Of a stretch of DNA of 64,000 nt, positions 14,596-28,670 are shown in pieces (the stretch's first letter is position 1; each line of letters starts with the position of its first letter). The position numbers and the translations under genes were made by a program. This DNA comes from Octopus vulgaris. Lineage: Eukaryota. The notes beneath the pieces were generated by a model. It was not told the DNA's origin. It was given only the letters and a program-made list of their open reading frames with translations, and made no database searches. The DNA lies in the NCBI GenBank assembly GCA_951406725.2, contig OX597815.1, positions 52,886,001-52,950,000 on the forward strand, given 5' to 3'.

Positions 14596-14600
<5 letters not shown>
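14088..14600. mobile_element. (TA)n-flanked non-autonomous element with nested inverted repeats and an HHR
   Basis: 14089-14124 is inverted relative to 14465-14500, and 14443-14465 is inverted relative to 14581-14600. Confidence 0.7.
14212..14301 (-). ncRNA. Type I hammerhead ribozyme (C3U variant)
   Basis: tttctg-TTGAAGA-GGCA..TGCC-GAAA-CTATGCATAG-TC-cagaaa. Perfect 6-bp stem I, palindromic stem III, GUC triplet. Confidence 0.72.
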
Positions 14601-14654
<54 letters not shown>

Positions 14655-14658
<4 letters not shown>

Positions 14659-14840
14659 CCGCTAAATGCACAAGTATTTTAAAATTCTCTCTGTTTATTT
14701 CCTCGTGTTCTTTTCTGTTCAAGAGTGTATGCTCGAAACGTAAAAGACTTTCTCATCTTCCCGAGCGTAAAACTGATACACCTGCTTGTTGTTCCTACAC
14801 CTGTCTTCGTCTTTTGTGCTTCCGTAAATTTCAGCTATAT
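14655..14840 (+). mobile_element. pLTR-like repeat fragment (same family as 1-495)
   Basis: ctgttcaagagtgtatgctcgaaacgtaaaag followed by acacctgtcttcgtcttttgt. Confidence 0.6.
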
Positions 14841-14899
14841 ATATATAGGCGTAGGAGTTGCTGTGTGTTAAGTAGCTTGCTTACCAACCACATGCTACA

Positions 14900-16140
14900 A
14901 TAGAAATTGCAAGAATAATATGACTTTTCAAAGAGTGGGTTATATACCTTTTTTTATTGTTCTACTGCACGGTACTAGACATAATATTTCCAACAAAGCA
15001 TTGCTTCTTATAGACAGTGCACGGAACCACCCAACGAACCTAGATGTATTTTCTGATAATACAAGAGTAAATATATTCCCAAGAATATAACTTCTTTACT
15101 CCAGCCAATGGATCAAGGCCTGATAGCTAATTTCAAGGCAAATCATGTAAGAACTTTCAAACAACTTATGAAAGAATTGACAGAGAAGGTTGAAATTTCT
15201 GGAAGAAATCCAACATAATGGATGCTGTGGATAATATAGCTGAGTCATAGGATAAAGTGAAACCGTCAACATTGAATAGTGTTTGGAAAAGTTTATGGCC
15301 AGACTGTATCCGCGATATTACTAGTTTTCCTCAAGAAGAAAGTCTATATCACATTCGGAGATATTGTAACACTTGTAAATGATGTAGGATTTGAAGAAGG
15401 CAGAGGTTGATGTGTCTGAGATACTTGTATCCCAGAGAGAAAGTTTAACTAACAAGGAGCTGATGCTGTTAGAAAAAGAACAAGCTAACATACAGAAGCG
15501 ACAACGAAAGTTCCTCCTATATTGCTTAAATTAAGTACAAAACTATTGTTGAAGGGTAACAACTTATAGAGGAAGCTCTGCAAGTTTTTGCGGATAATGA
15601 TTGTAATTGTGAATGTAAGATAAAAATTACAAGAGTTTAAAACGAGCTTAGTTCGTATACTGAACTGTATAAAGATGATGCGTCATAAACAACAAACAAC
15701 TTTGGATAAGTTCTTCACGCCTCAAGTTCATGGTAATGGACTATAAGATAATAAATATTGTCCTTCATCCCCCTAATAGCGTTCATTCCACTACCACTCC
15801 TCATAAAGTAGTCAACATCATTTGTCTTAAGAGCGTACTCTTACGATATTGATTATTAATTTCCTAACTTATCTTGAAATGTTTTTGTGTTTTCACGTAT
15901 CTGTATTTTACCGAGTATGTTTAGAAATAGTTATTTTCATGTATAAAGGTGGTCATGTTGCCTGTTCACTGTTGTTTTCAAGTGCTTTTGTTTTGTGGTT
16001 TTTTTTCAAAAACTCCGAAGGAACGTAATCTTATTTGATAATCTGAAAATCAATAGGAAAATTAATTTGGCAGTACGGAATAAAAGCGTTATGACCGGAT
16101 TTTCAAGAACGCATTACTTCCATAAAGCAAGGATTCTTAT
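14900..16140 (+). mobile_element. Tigger/pogo DNA transposon remnant (DDE transposase C-terminal half, decayed)
   Basis: Across frameshifts: LLIDSARNHP, FPKNITSLLQPMDQGLIANFKA, FWKKSNIMDAVDNIAES*DKVKPSTLNSVWKSLWPDC. Confidence 0.85.
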
Positions 16141-16145
16141 AAATG

Positions 16146-16218
<73 letters not shown>

Positions 16219-16914
16219 TGTGATATATTCTGTTGTGTCTGGGGACAGTCATTCTCTTTTAGTGCCTTATAATTTAACACACTCACCAGTAAAATTTCCA
16301 CTCATTTAATTAGTTTTCTAAAATTTTCGTTGCATTTTGCAACCTTTTCAATAGTGTTGATTCTGTCCGTTATTCACACTGCGTTCATTTTGTTTGCTTG
16401 TGCGCATGCGTGTGAGTCAGTGTGTGTATGAGTGTGCATACACATGTATGCATGTATGTGAGTGTATATGCATGTGTGTACATATGTATATATGTATGTA
16501 TGTGTGTGCATTTGTATGTATGTATTCTTCATATTCATGTGTTTGCGTGTCCGTGTTTGTGTCATTATATATGTGGGTGGGTGTTTTTGCATGTGTGTGT
16601 GCGTGTGTGTATCTCTGTCTCCTTATGTGTGCATGTCTGAGTGTGTGTGTGTTTGGTCATTTTGCAACTATGTACTGTGTTGTATGTATGGATGTGTATC
16701 TCCATATGTGTGAACGTGTGTCTCCATATGTGTCCTGATGTGAAGTAAAGTGTGTGTGTTTATATGGTCTTATGTTTCAGTCTTCATTTGTGTATGCGTG
16801 AATATGTGTGCTTGTCTGTTCATATATCCTATGTACCTATCCGTTTGTATATTTATCTGTTTACTTTCATATCCATATGTTTACATACATGCAATTCTCT
16901 GGATATGATTAGAT

Positions 16915-17620
16915 ACTGCATGCAATTCTCTAGATATGATCAGAAAGAGAGGGTTCGAGTATACAGGGGTGATAGAAAGAAGTTAGATAACATTATATGT
17001 AATGATACCAGTGGAACCTGCCCTAGATATAGAAACAAAGACTGGAATAGAATACAAAAAACTTGTGACAAAGCAAACAGAGTGAACACGTGGTATAAAA
17101 TCGAAAAATATCAAGGAATGATATTTCTAGAGGCCACAGCCCATGGAGAATTAGCCCGTAGATTTAGGAAAGCTCTGAAGAAGACCAAACTCAACATTAA
17201 GATTGTTGAAAAGCCAGGGAATTTCGTCAGATCGCAAGTATGTAGGACGTTCCCGTTTGAGAATACCATATGTACCAATGATAACTTTATGGTATGTAGG
17301 ATTAGCCCTGGCATTAACTGTAGAACTAGAAAAGTATTTTACAGCATATGATGCATAGAAGGTGCTTGTAAAGATATGAACATAACATACATAGGGGAGA
17401 CATCTAGGAACATTGCGGAACGATTAAATGAATATTTGAGACAATATGACGACAAACAAACAGTCCTCCATACTCTACCAGCATGCCAAGGATCAAGATG
17501 AAAGGCAACCTGAGTCAACTTGACATCCGCATCTCATCCAAGCGCCCAACACTCAGAAAAATATAGGTGTACGTCCTCATAAATGAAAGATCCCCAATAC
17601 TAAATAGGAAATATATGTAG
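16915..17620 (+). mobile_element. Penelope-like element fragment: RT thumb, linker and GIY-YIG (disrupted)
   Basis: MQFSRYDQKER..PRYRNKDW..IFLEATAHGELARRFR..IKIVEKPG..CRTRKVFYSI*CIEGAC..YIGETSRNIAERLNEY. Confidence 0.82.
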
Positions 17621-17718
17621 TAGATATTATACACCCATACCCACAGTCTATACAGGTAGAATAGAATAGTTAGTGGGCTGTTATATAGATAAATGTATGT
17701 ATGTGTGTGTGGGTGTAT

Positions 17719-17912
17719 GTATCAGGTCACCACATAAGTTCAGTCCGAATTTTGAATAAGGAAAACAAGTGATCAAATGTTATATTTAATTGAAATTTAA
17801 TCATCAATGTACTTTCCCTGAGTATCTATGACATCCTTCCATCTATTTACAAGCTTCTTAATACCATCAATGTAAAACTCTTTTGGTTTCAAAGCGAAGA
17901 ACTCTGAAATGT
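17719..17912 (-). mobile_element. Mariner 3' end fragment (transposase C-terminus plus TIR)
   Basis: DISEFFALKPKEFYIDGIKKLVNRWKDVIDTQGKYIDD* followed by the TIR-like tatcaggtcaccacataagttc. Confidence 0.85.
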
Positions 17913-18116
17913 CCGAGAGACCGAAAGGTTAAGTCCATCTGAGAACGCAGAACGTAAAGACAGACGGTCAAGATATACAGACATTTCTCAGGGCACCACT
18001 ACACTGTTTACAGATGCTTACATTTTTTGTGTTTCCCGTGAATTTTTCACGGGTCCAGCTAGTTATCCTCCTCCTCCTCCTCCTCATCATCATCATCACT
18101 ATTACTATTACTATTA

Positions 18117-18189
<73 letters not shown>

Positions 18190-18191
<2 letters not shown>

Positions 18192-18525
18192 TTCTATGTT
18201 TGACCTTTGCTTTATATTTGTACAAGTTGACTCCAAGTCTCACCCAGAGACCTCAAGAGCAACAGGTTGTAAGTTCATATTGTTGTTATGCCTAGTGTGC
18301 CATATATTTGGTTGTTTTTTTTTTGGTGTTGTACTAGTGAATGTCTAAAAAAAATTAGAAAAATTTAAAAAATAAAAAAAAAACTGAAAATTATGTTTGT
18401 TTTAAACCTTGAGATTACATAGAAAGTATTTTGCGTAGGATATGAGCAGTTCCCATGAGCACTATCTTTTGAATTTCTGCCATTTTGGGTTTCCTGGTAT
18501 CTGAGTTAGGTAGCACTCAGCCCCT
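18190..18525 (-). mobile_element. R4/Dong LINE 3' end inserted in (TAA)n
   Basis: Translation IQKIVLMGTAHILRKILSM* plus 3' UTR, flanked by (ATT)n on both sides. Confidence 0.8.
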
Positions 18526-18532
18526 TTTGCTA

Positions 18533-18604
<72 letters not shown>

Positions 18605-18605
18605 T

Positions 18606-19019
18606 CTTTTTACTCTTTTACTCTTTTACTTGTTTCAGTCATTTGACTGCGGCCATGCTGGAGCACCACCTTTAGTCGAGCAAATCGACCCCGAGACTTA
18701 TTCTTTGTAAGCCCAGTACTTACTCTATCGGTCTCTTTTGCCGAACCGCTAAGTGACGGGGACGTAAACACACCAGCATCGGTTGTCAAGCAATGCTAGG
18801 GGGACAAACACAGACACACAAATACACACACACACATATATATATATACATATATACGACAGGCTTCTTTCAGTTTCCGTCTACCAAATCCACTCACAAG
18901 GCATTGGTCGGCCCGGGGCTATAGCAGAAGACACTAGCCCAAGATGCCACGCAGTGGGACTGAACCCGGAACCATGTGGTTGGTTAGCAAGCTACTTACC
19001 ACACAGCCACTCCTGCGCC
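18606..19019 (-). mobile_element. SINE family A (tRNA head, CORE-like domain, LINE-derived tail), full length
   Basis: ggcgcaggagtggctgtgtggtaag..gggttcagtccc..ccagcatggccgcagtcaaatgactgaaacaagtaaaagag. Near-identical to 27536-27931. Confidence 0.88.
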
Positions 19020-19118
<99 letters not shown>

Positions 19119-19607
19119 CATCATTATCATTATCATTATTTTCGTAACATATAATTGCCAACCAAGTTTGGCTTTCTATAGAGAACTGTGCTACTGATGT
19201 TTATAACACCAGGAAGAGCTCTCTTCCAGCTGGCTACCGACACACACCCTGTGTCCGATTAGTATTTGCGAGGGGAGATCATCGCTCCCATCTCTAGCCT
19301 TACGTTCTACATAAGGACTCGAATTTCTGTGACCTCTTCGGCGAGTCTTTGTCTTTTGTGTCTCCTCTTCTCTCTCAGCTCGTTCCATCTCAGAATGAAA
19401 CCAGAGACAAAAAAAAAAGAACAAACTAAAAATAACAAACCTGAAGTGAAAACCAAATATATTGTGTGCATGTGTTTAATTGGACCATCCTCAAATATAA
19501 CAACATCTGTTTCAACACGCAATTTCCCATTAAGAATCTTGCAAGAAAATGCATAATCGTATATATATATATATATATATATGTTTATATATATCTATAT
19601 CTATATC

Positions 19608-19655
<48 letters not shown>

Positions 19656-19692
19656 AGACTAACTGTTCATTCATGAAATCTTCAGGAAGTGG

Positions 19693-19759
<67 letters not shown>

Positions 19760-19959
19760 CAGAACTTATTTTGACAGCATTCTGAAGATTCATCTGATGA
19801 CAGTACACATATAAATATACATATATATGTGTGTGTGTGTGTCTGTGCATGAGTATGCGCGTTTGTATGTTTGTCTATGTGTGCGTGTGTACGTGTTTGC
19901 GCGTGTGTGTGAGCATGTGTCTGTGTGTGTGCATGTGTATCTATGTGTGTGAGTGTGTG

Positions 19960-20215
19960 TGTGTGTGTGTGTTTGTGTCCATGTTTGTCCCCATCAGCAC
20001 TTGAAATCCAGAGTTGGTGTATTTACATCCCCATAACTTCATGGTTTGACAAAAGACTCCGATACAATAAGTACCAGGATTTAAAAAAAAAACAAAAACA
20101 AAAACAAATAATTACTGGGCTCTATTCGTACCACTAAAATTTTTCAAGGTGGTGCCCCAGCGTGGCCGCAATCTAATGACTGAAATGACTGAAGCAGGTA
20201 AAAGATAAAAGATAA
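19960..20215 (+). mobile_element. SINE family A, 3' half
   Basis: Tail aaggtggtgccccagcgtggccgcaatctaatgactgaa..gtaaaagataaaag. Further partial copies at 30880-31220, 36598-36756 and 53895-54237(-). Confidence 0.75.
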
Positions 20216-23200
20216 ACAGGACACAAGTTTTTCCCTTATTTAACGAAAAACCAAATTTTCTTTTGTGAGATTGTCTCTATCGTTCTGAGCATTAGAGAAT
20301 AAATACCGAACAAACTTCAGGACAACAGATTAAACTCGCTCGAAGCATGACGTTTTCCTGATACGTCCATTCATGTCCAGCATAATAATTACATGGTCCG
20401 CAAAAAATCAGAAAGCAGGAACTTTAACAAATTTTTATATTGGTCAAGTATATCTCATTCCTTATGCTTCTCGATTTTTATGCTATTTTCGGTTTTTGAC
20501 AAACGGACACAATAAATGGGTAAATAGAAAATGAACAGAAAATCTTTAAATAGCCTTATTGCTATTGGTTTCAAATTTTGACACAAGGCCAGCAATTTCG
20601 GGAATGGAGGCAAATCGATTACATCGACCCAGTTCTCAAATGATATTATTTTATTGACCTGGAAGAATGGAAGTTAAAGTCGACCTCGGCTAAATTTGAA
20701 CTCAGAACGTTTGGGCGGACGAGATGTCGTTAAGCAATTTTTCCCGGCGTGCTAACGATTCTACCAGCTCGTCGCTTTGTTGTGGCTGCTATTGTAGTCG
20801 TCATACTTCAAGTCAGCCAATCCCAGCAGATTTAAGATTAATAATGTTCCTGTAATATTTTCCTGTCATATTCTCAAACATTGTGTATGTAGGACTACAT
20901 TAAAGAAGCCTCCCATAACACACTGCATAGAGATAACTTAAATCCTTTTGAACCCACTCTTTCCTAGTTATTGCAACACTTTTCTTCCTTCGCAAACTAC
21001 TGTTCTTTAAGATTAGTAATCTTCTACTATAGCACCGGACCGACCAATGAATTTGGTTGACGGAAATTGTGCGGAAGCCCATCAAATCAATTTGTGTTTT
21101 GTTTTACGCCAGGTTGTGCATAAATAGATATTGCTTGCTTAATGATGAACCCTCAAATATACAAATTAGATTATCTACAACGGTGCTAGTCTTATTCACC
21201 ACTACTTTGTATGCAGTTGATCTATATTATTGAAAGGTGAAGAAAGCCAAGTAATCAACAAGACATGTAACCGTCTATCAGCAGTCTTTATCCCCTTTTT
21301 TTCCCTCTGTATATCCGAAGTATAAAGAATGTGTTTACATTCTTTTTTAATCCACAGGGAGGTTTTATAATATTTAAATTTCAGCTTTTCTGATTTAAGC
21401 TGTTATGCACAGTCAGACAGACAGGCAGACACACATACTTACACACACACGCACACACGTGTGTACTTTTTGCATTTGTGTGTGTGCCTTTATGTGTGCT
21501 CACAGATCATCCACTCTTATTTCTAATTAAATGACGTTCTATGTTCCTTTAATTAAAAAAATAATTAAAAAACTCTTTATCTGTCCAGTGTATCATATGT
21601 GATGCACAGGACATATTTTTCTGGCATCCTTGCATCATATATGCTACACATTCCCAACTTTTTCCAATCATCAGAGTAACTTATGAAAGGAAAGCTTTAT
21701 ATTCCTCAAAATGTACGTAACAAAAGCCGACTAAAAGTCTGAAAACAAATAATGGTCGTTTAGGATAAGCTTATGAAAATGTTTTGGACAGGCAAATGGT
21801 TAAGCTCATCTAATTGAGAGCAAGTTAAGTCCACCACCTTCTAATTATTTATATTTCTTTTCTATTAATTTAATTCTTAGGAGGAGGTGCCAATGTCATA
21901 ACTTACGGTTTACATTTTTCTTAAAGTTTCTGGTTTATGCTATCATCAAATATTGCTGTCATCACTCGTAATTTGTATAATATACAATTATTGCTGTCAT
22001 GACAGAACTCACTATTCGGTTACGAGTCTAACAAACACGGATTTAGCTTATTATATCAACCTGTTTAATGTTATTCATACTTGTTATTATGAAAAGCCCG
22101 AAAAGTGGCGAGTTGGCAGAAAAGTTTGCACGCTAGGTAAAAATACCTTGCAGTATTTCGTCTGAGTTTATATTCAGAGTTCAAATTCTGCCGAGATCAT
22201 CTGCACCTGTCATCATTTCGGGATGTGCCAATCGAGCATTGGGGTCGATGAAATCGACTTACCTCCTGCCCTGAAATTGCTGGGCTTGTACCAAAGCTTT
22301 AAACTATTATTACGAAAAGCCCATAATTTAGGACGTTCTCTTCCATTATTTTTAAATTCGTAGCTCAATCATTACAAATTTCTGAATAGCCTAAGAGGCA
22401 ACAGATCGAGACTAATTCATCAATATGAAACACAAATCTTCATAATCTTCATCCCCACTACGTTCAGGGTGGAAATCTATCACTTCCTTCATTTGATTAG
22501 AGACAAAGGCTTCCTCTACATAGTCATTTGATATTATAGATTGTGAAATTTTAAAATTATCCGGCTGTTACAAGGAAGTGTTACAAGAATAATGTAACCC
22601 TAGGTACCCAACTCCATTATATATATATGTAAAAAAAAAAAGATGGGATAATTACAAGGGGAACACTTATGAGCATAGATCTGCACGACCAGGGTTGACC
22701 TTAGCTAAACAACAGTGACAACAAGAGCAGCACCAGTAGTAGCAGCAGTAGCAGCATAGTTTTTGCAATCCAGTAAAACACACAACACACACGTCGCAAT
22801 AACAACGATAATCTTCAAATGCCAGCAGTTCATGAATGGTGATCTCTTCACAGAAAGGGAACATAACTTGTTTCTTTTTCTCATTTTTTTTTCTTTTTGA
22901 GCTGTTTGTTCAGTGGATGGAACACTAAGATAAAAGGTAAAAGAGAGAGAAAGAGAGAGAGAGAGATGGGGAGAGAGAGAAAAATTTCCTTATTTTTTGT
23001 CAGACGTGATTTTATTTCAACTTTCACAAGAATTTATAAATGGGAAAATAACCGTAAAAACAGAAATAAAGCAAGCTAGCGGTCATGTAAATGTTGTTTA
23101 TAATTTCTAGGTGTAAATAAAGACTGACCGTCTGGTATTTATCAACATTCCATTCCTCCTTGTCAGGGTACAAACATTGAGAAAAAGAATCAGGGCTGTA

Positions 23201-23217
23201 TTTGTATAGTTTAGGTT

Positions 23218-23283
<66 letters not shown>

Positions 23284-24309
23284 GACACAAACACACACAC
23301 ACACACACATACGCACACACATACACACTTACATACACACCACACACACGTACTCACTGACTCTCTCTATCTCTCATACGCACAGATACTTTCATACTCA
23401 TACACAGACACGTACGCACAAGACACACCACATACAACACACACACATACATACACACACAAACACACACACGCACGCAAACACACAAACACACACACAC
23501 ACACACACACATAAACACTCACACACACGAGGAAGTTCAAACATTCGCCCAAATATCATATAAGTTTTACCTCAGGCTGTAACTGATCTCAGTGTCGTTT
23601 ATGATCAACGAAGACATCGTCGCGGTCACGGTCGTCGACATGAAGATGATAGTGATAATAATGATGATGATGACGACGACGACGACGGCGACGATGATGA
23701 TGATATTGATGATGGTGATGATTATCGTCATCATCACCACTATGGCATTTTTCCCTCAGAATCATCCTGGTTTGTCTGTCTGTCTGTCTGTCTGTCTTTC
23801 TGTATGTTGAGTTAAGAGAGTTCCCAGTGTTCGTAAATATGAGGTTGAGTTGGTATGTTGGTTGAGCTGTCGATACATACCTCCAATGTATAAGCATTTA
23901 TTCATATAAGAATCTCACTTGGATAATTTTTGCCCGTCTTACAAATCTTCATTTTGCAACTAATAGTTTGGATTTGGAGAATCCGTACCAGTTTCTTTTT
24001 CTCTTTCTTCATGAAACCGAGTATTTCTATGTACGTATGCATGTATGTATGTATGTATGTATGTATGTATGTATGTATGTATGTATGTATGTATGTATGT
24101 ATGTATGTATGTATGTATGTATGTGTGTGTCTATGTATGTGTGTGTCTATGCATGTGCGTATGTATGTATGTAACGCTGAGTAACAGTTTTGTGATATTT
24201 CTGCTGCTTTTAAATAAAACATATTACTCTACCTCTGGTATTTGAGTACTCTTTCTTTTCACCTTGTTTCACATTTATGTGCTTACTCCGGTATATATAT
24301 ATATATATA

Positions 24310-25165
24310 TAAATACAGGGCAAAAATTATTAAAAATTATTAATAGTTAATACCAGTGGTTATGGTTAGCATGCGTAATAAAAGTCAGAAGACGTAAATA
24401 TTTTTATAACATAATAAAGTATAAGAGTTTATACACGGAGAGGAAACCACAGTGGAGATTTCTTACATGCTAGAAAGGGCAGTCAAAACCAGAAACACGA
24501 AAGATATATTCTTACATTGCATGTTGCCTGTAGGACACTTGAATGAATAAAAATTTCAGTAAACCCTGCACCCATGACTTTCACCACTAATGTTCAAATA
24601 AATCAATTAATTAGTCAATCAATTGATTAATTAACCATCCGTGGCTCGTCAGTAAGGTCGCTGGAAAGTGCATAATTATGAAACTATAATACGTACCGAA
24701 AACACAAAATATACACGTGCGCACTTATATAAAGATATATAAAGTTCCATCTTTATATATCAAGAATTGAAATCGAAAGCCGCTAAACAATGTACAAACT
24801 CGGAGTAGTGCAGTAAATAAATTCACCGTATATTATCCAACCGAAGAATTTCAATATTTAACTATATAAATACAGGGTAAAAATTATTAAATCAATAATT
24901 AATACCAGTGGTTTTTCCTCTTTCCTTTTCCTTTTCTGTTTCTTCCTTTCTCTCTTGCCAACCTTCGATCTCTTGTCAATATTCCTGGAAAATTTCAAAT
25001 CATTCTGATAATGTTTGTTACATGGAACGAGATAAACGCAAGTTTACCTAAAAAAAATAACGAAACAGCTGTAAATGTTATCTTCGCCATAATTAAACTA
25101 TGATCATTCGATACTACTAATCAACTTCAAATCGTTACAAGTTGCTCCATTTCTTCTCTTACCTC
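24310..25165. mobile_element. pLTR-like composite: ~45-bp direct repeat (24311, 24868) and a minimal HHR-like motif at 25001-25077(+)
   Basis: aaatacaggg..taataccagtggtt occurs twice. Motif: catt-CTGATAA-tgtt..aac-GAAA-CAGCTG-TA-aatg (G8A, probably inactive). Confidence 0.55.
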
Positions 25166-25167
25166 AT

Positions 25168-25346
<179 letters not shown>

Positions 25347-25679
25347 GGTCTTTCCGGCCATCGGGCCGGTCTGTACTGCTCAAATGTATTCATAAGGCAC
25401 ATATCGGCATCTCTCGTAATGCCCATACGTGAGATGTGAAATATAGATTGTGAAATTTTAAAATTATCCGGCTATTAAGAAAAAACAAGTGGGGCAGAGG
25501 GGGCAGAAGAGATAGAAGATGTATAATGCTTATATTTGTACGCATCAATAGATAAGAATAATTCTTAAATATAATTACATATCGTTTTGAATAATTATGC
25601 ATATATGAATATTCGTTGTAGACCCTATAATATTTAGTATATATCATGATATTATGTTCTTTCGAACTTATATGCACAT

Positions 25680-26636
25680 AAAATTTTGGAAATATAAACT
25701 ATTGGTTTACTCTAATTTATTTTGTTCTGTAAAAGTGAGTAACATTCTGATAATTTATTTATTTAATTATATATTATTACCATTTTTATGTAAGGAATAG
25801 AATAGATCATAATAATCATAAATTTATACAATTGTTTAACATCGCCGTATTTAGACGAAACTTTTGAATTAATGAATAGTTGATTAAAACTTTTTTTTAA
25901 TGAATTTCGTGTGTGAATAAAATATATCCTTATTTATTCTTTCATAATAGTATATAGACATTTTCAAAAAATATATTTCCTACTCCACAATAAATTCTTA
26001 ACATATTATATAGAATTTATTATATTGAATTTATATAATAAAAATTGGCAATAATTATTTTAGATTAAAATATCTTTAGAGTAATACTATTAAAGATGCA
26101 TAAGAATATTTTATGAGCGTTGTAATTGTTTTGTTCGTTTTAATCTATTTTATCGATTTGAATTTTTAAAAAATTATATTTATTATATTTCAAAATTATT
26201 AACGCTCATGCTTGTAAACATAGGTATATTTTAAATTAGTCTATTTTGTGATTTACTAGTCCTTGCATGAAATTTCTGTCTATTTTTTACGTAAATATTA
26301 CCCTGACGAGATTCATATATATAAATGTGGATTTTTTTTACTTAATTCAGTGGTGTATATGAATCGAAACAAATTGCGAAATATATATTTGGTTTTATTA
26401 TTTGTTATATTACATTATATTATATATTTGTATAACATAATTATATTATATTACAATGTTAATAAATTTATAATACGTCAATTGTATTTCTCTGTTTCCT
26501 TTATTATTTATATATTGAAATTACACTATTTTAAGTTTTGATTTTTTTTCTCTACTATATTGTGGTATTAAACTGAAGAACCAGTGCAAATTGGACGTTT
26601 TCCATCCATTTGAAGGAAATTGTTTTTCCTTGGATT
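25680..26636 (+). mobile_element. AT-rich pLTR-like element with decayed HHR (26298-26385)
   Basis: CTGACGA-gattcatatat..gtatatgaatc-GAAA with the cleavage triplet lost. The 3' end (26570-26636) is homologous to 29400-29460. The left boundary is approximate. Confidence 0.5.
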
Positions 26637-26718
26637 GAATAATAATAATAATAATAATAATGATAATAATAATAATAATAATAACAATTATAATAACACA
26701 CACATAAATATATATATA

Positions 26719-26831
<113 letters not shown>

Positions 26832-26859
26832 GTATGTATGTATGTATGCATACTATATA

Positions 26860-27258
26860 CTAGTGGACCTCCCGACCTTCGGCCCGGTCTGTACTACGCT
26901 CAAATGTATTCATAAGGCACCTATTGGGATCTATCGCAATGCCCATCTTCCTTACAATAAAAGTTGTTCAAAGGAATTTCAATATTGTATAACATAATTT
27001 TTAACAATTTTCTAAATTGTACTACGAGTATTACCACATAACCACTAATACATATTAATCTATATATACTGCTACAACTACCCCCACCCTGTCTCATTTA
27101 TTTTTTCTCTTTAACCCCTTTAAAATTATGTTATGCAATATTGAGATCCATTTTAATAACTTTTATTGTAAAGAAAATCATTACGATAGATGCTAATATG
27201 TGTCTTATGAATACATTTGCGGCCATACAGACCGGGTCGAAAGCCGGGAGGCCCGCTA

Positions 27259-27259
<1 letters not shown>
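26860..27259. mobile_element. 400-bp element whose ~140-bp inverted arms end in Helitron-3'-like hairpin plus CTAG
   Basis: Left end ctagtggacctcccgaccttcggcccgg; right end ccgggtcgaaagccgggaggcccgctag. A third partial copy lies at 25345-25430. Confidence 0.65.
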
Positions 27260-27304
<45 letters not shown>

Positions 27305-27535
27305 CAAAGTAAACTTCCAAGTTACCGCACGAGTGAAAATATATAGGAAAATGCAGAGGTCTTTTAAAGATGTTTATTGACTTGACCGGTTTCACTTTTT
27401 TAAAATAAGATTTTCAAAAGTAAAAGGAAAGTCTTTGCTTAGCCTTTGTTGTGTTAAAAAATGGTTATCATAGTTGTATTAAAATACAATGATACAGTCT
27501 TTGATAATGGTATGAAAATGTTAAGAAATAGAATA

Positions 27536-27931
27536 GGCGCAGGAGTGGCTGTGTGGTAAGTAGCTTGCTAACCAACCACATGGTTCCGGGTTCAGTCTTG
27601 GGCAAGTGTCTTGTGCTATAGCCCCGGGCCGACCAATGCCTTGTGAGTGGATTTGGTAGACGGAAACTGAAAGAAGCCTGTCGTATATATGTATATATAT
27701 ATATATATGTGTGTGTGTTTGTGTGTCTGTGTTTGTCCCCCTAGCATTGCTTGACAACCGATGCTGGTGTGTTTACGTCCCCGTCACTTAGCGGTTCGGC
27801 AAAAGAGCCCGATAGAATAAGTACTGGGCTTACAAAGAATAAGTCCCGGGGTCAATTTTTTCGACTAAAGGCGGCGCTCCAGCATGGCCGCAGTCAAATG
27901 ACTGAAACAAGTAAAAGAGTAAAGAGTAAAG
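27536..27931 (+). mobile_element. SINE family A, near full length
   Basis: Matches 18606-19019 with a small deletion after the B box. Confidence 0.88.
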
Positions 27932-28456
27932 AGAATCTTTGGCAATGATAAGAAAACATTAAGCGGGACTTTTGTTTAAGCAGTTAACATAAATGTGTTC
28001 AAAATAGGTAGTAAAATAAATTCATAATCATTTTAAGTTCATCAAAAATCATGATTGTAAAGAAGCATATATACAGAGAGAATCATATTTAAGTATTTAT
28101 ACAGAATATTAGGGAAATGACCAAGAATTTCTTCCTTCATCTCTAGTGTATGTGTGTTTAAGGGATGATTGCTATTTTTAAAAATAGTGTGGGAATAGTT
28201 GGTTGGTTGGTGGGGGAGAGCATTGTGGAATCAAAAGGATGTTTTTGTTTCTGGGCTAGTCTGTCATGGTTCAGTGGTTTTTGGAATGGTCTGGGAGTTA
28301 AAGACGGTATGTGTGTGTGTGTGTGTGTGTGTATAGATAGATGGATAGATAAATAGATAGATATATGCAAATACATATATACACGCACACACATATATAA
28401 TATATATACACACCTCACATATATACATATATACAACAATATATATATGTATAAAT

Positions 28457-28670
28457 ATACGAGGTCTGATCAATAACTATCCGGACTGTTGTCATAGTAG
28501 CGAAGTTAAAGCATGCAGATTAAAGCCGCATGGCACAGATTGACCTTAAACTCCGTTGTGCATGCACACTAAGTTTTAATGTTCTAACTCATTTCCGCTG
28601 TTTACAGCAGTGCTGTGTATCGTGTGATCGTCGTGTTGATCATCACAGAGAAAGTTGTCATGGTGATACC
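28457..28670 (+). mobile_element. Mariner terminal fragment
   Basis: TA followed by cgaggtctgatcaataactatccggact, a mariner-type TIR start. Confidence 0.6.

Noticed and set aside
17349-17351. In-frame TGA in a Penelope-like GIY-YIG region as selenocysteine (known in some Naiads)
   Set aside because: The TGA lies next to, not at, the conserved Cys. The element is decayed and I see no SECIS, so a nonsense mutation is more likely.
18950-19019. tRNA gene
   Set aside because: The A/B-box-like head continues into the SINE body and tail, and I could not fold a full cloverleaf.
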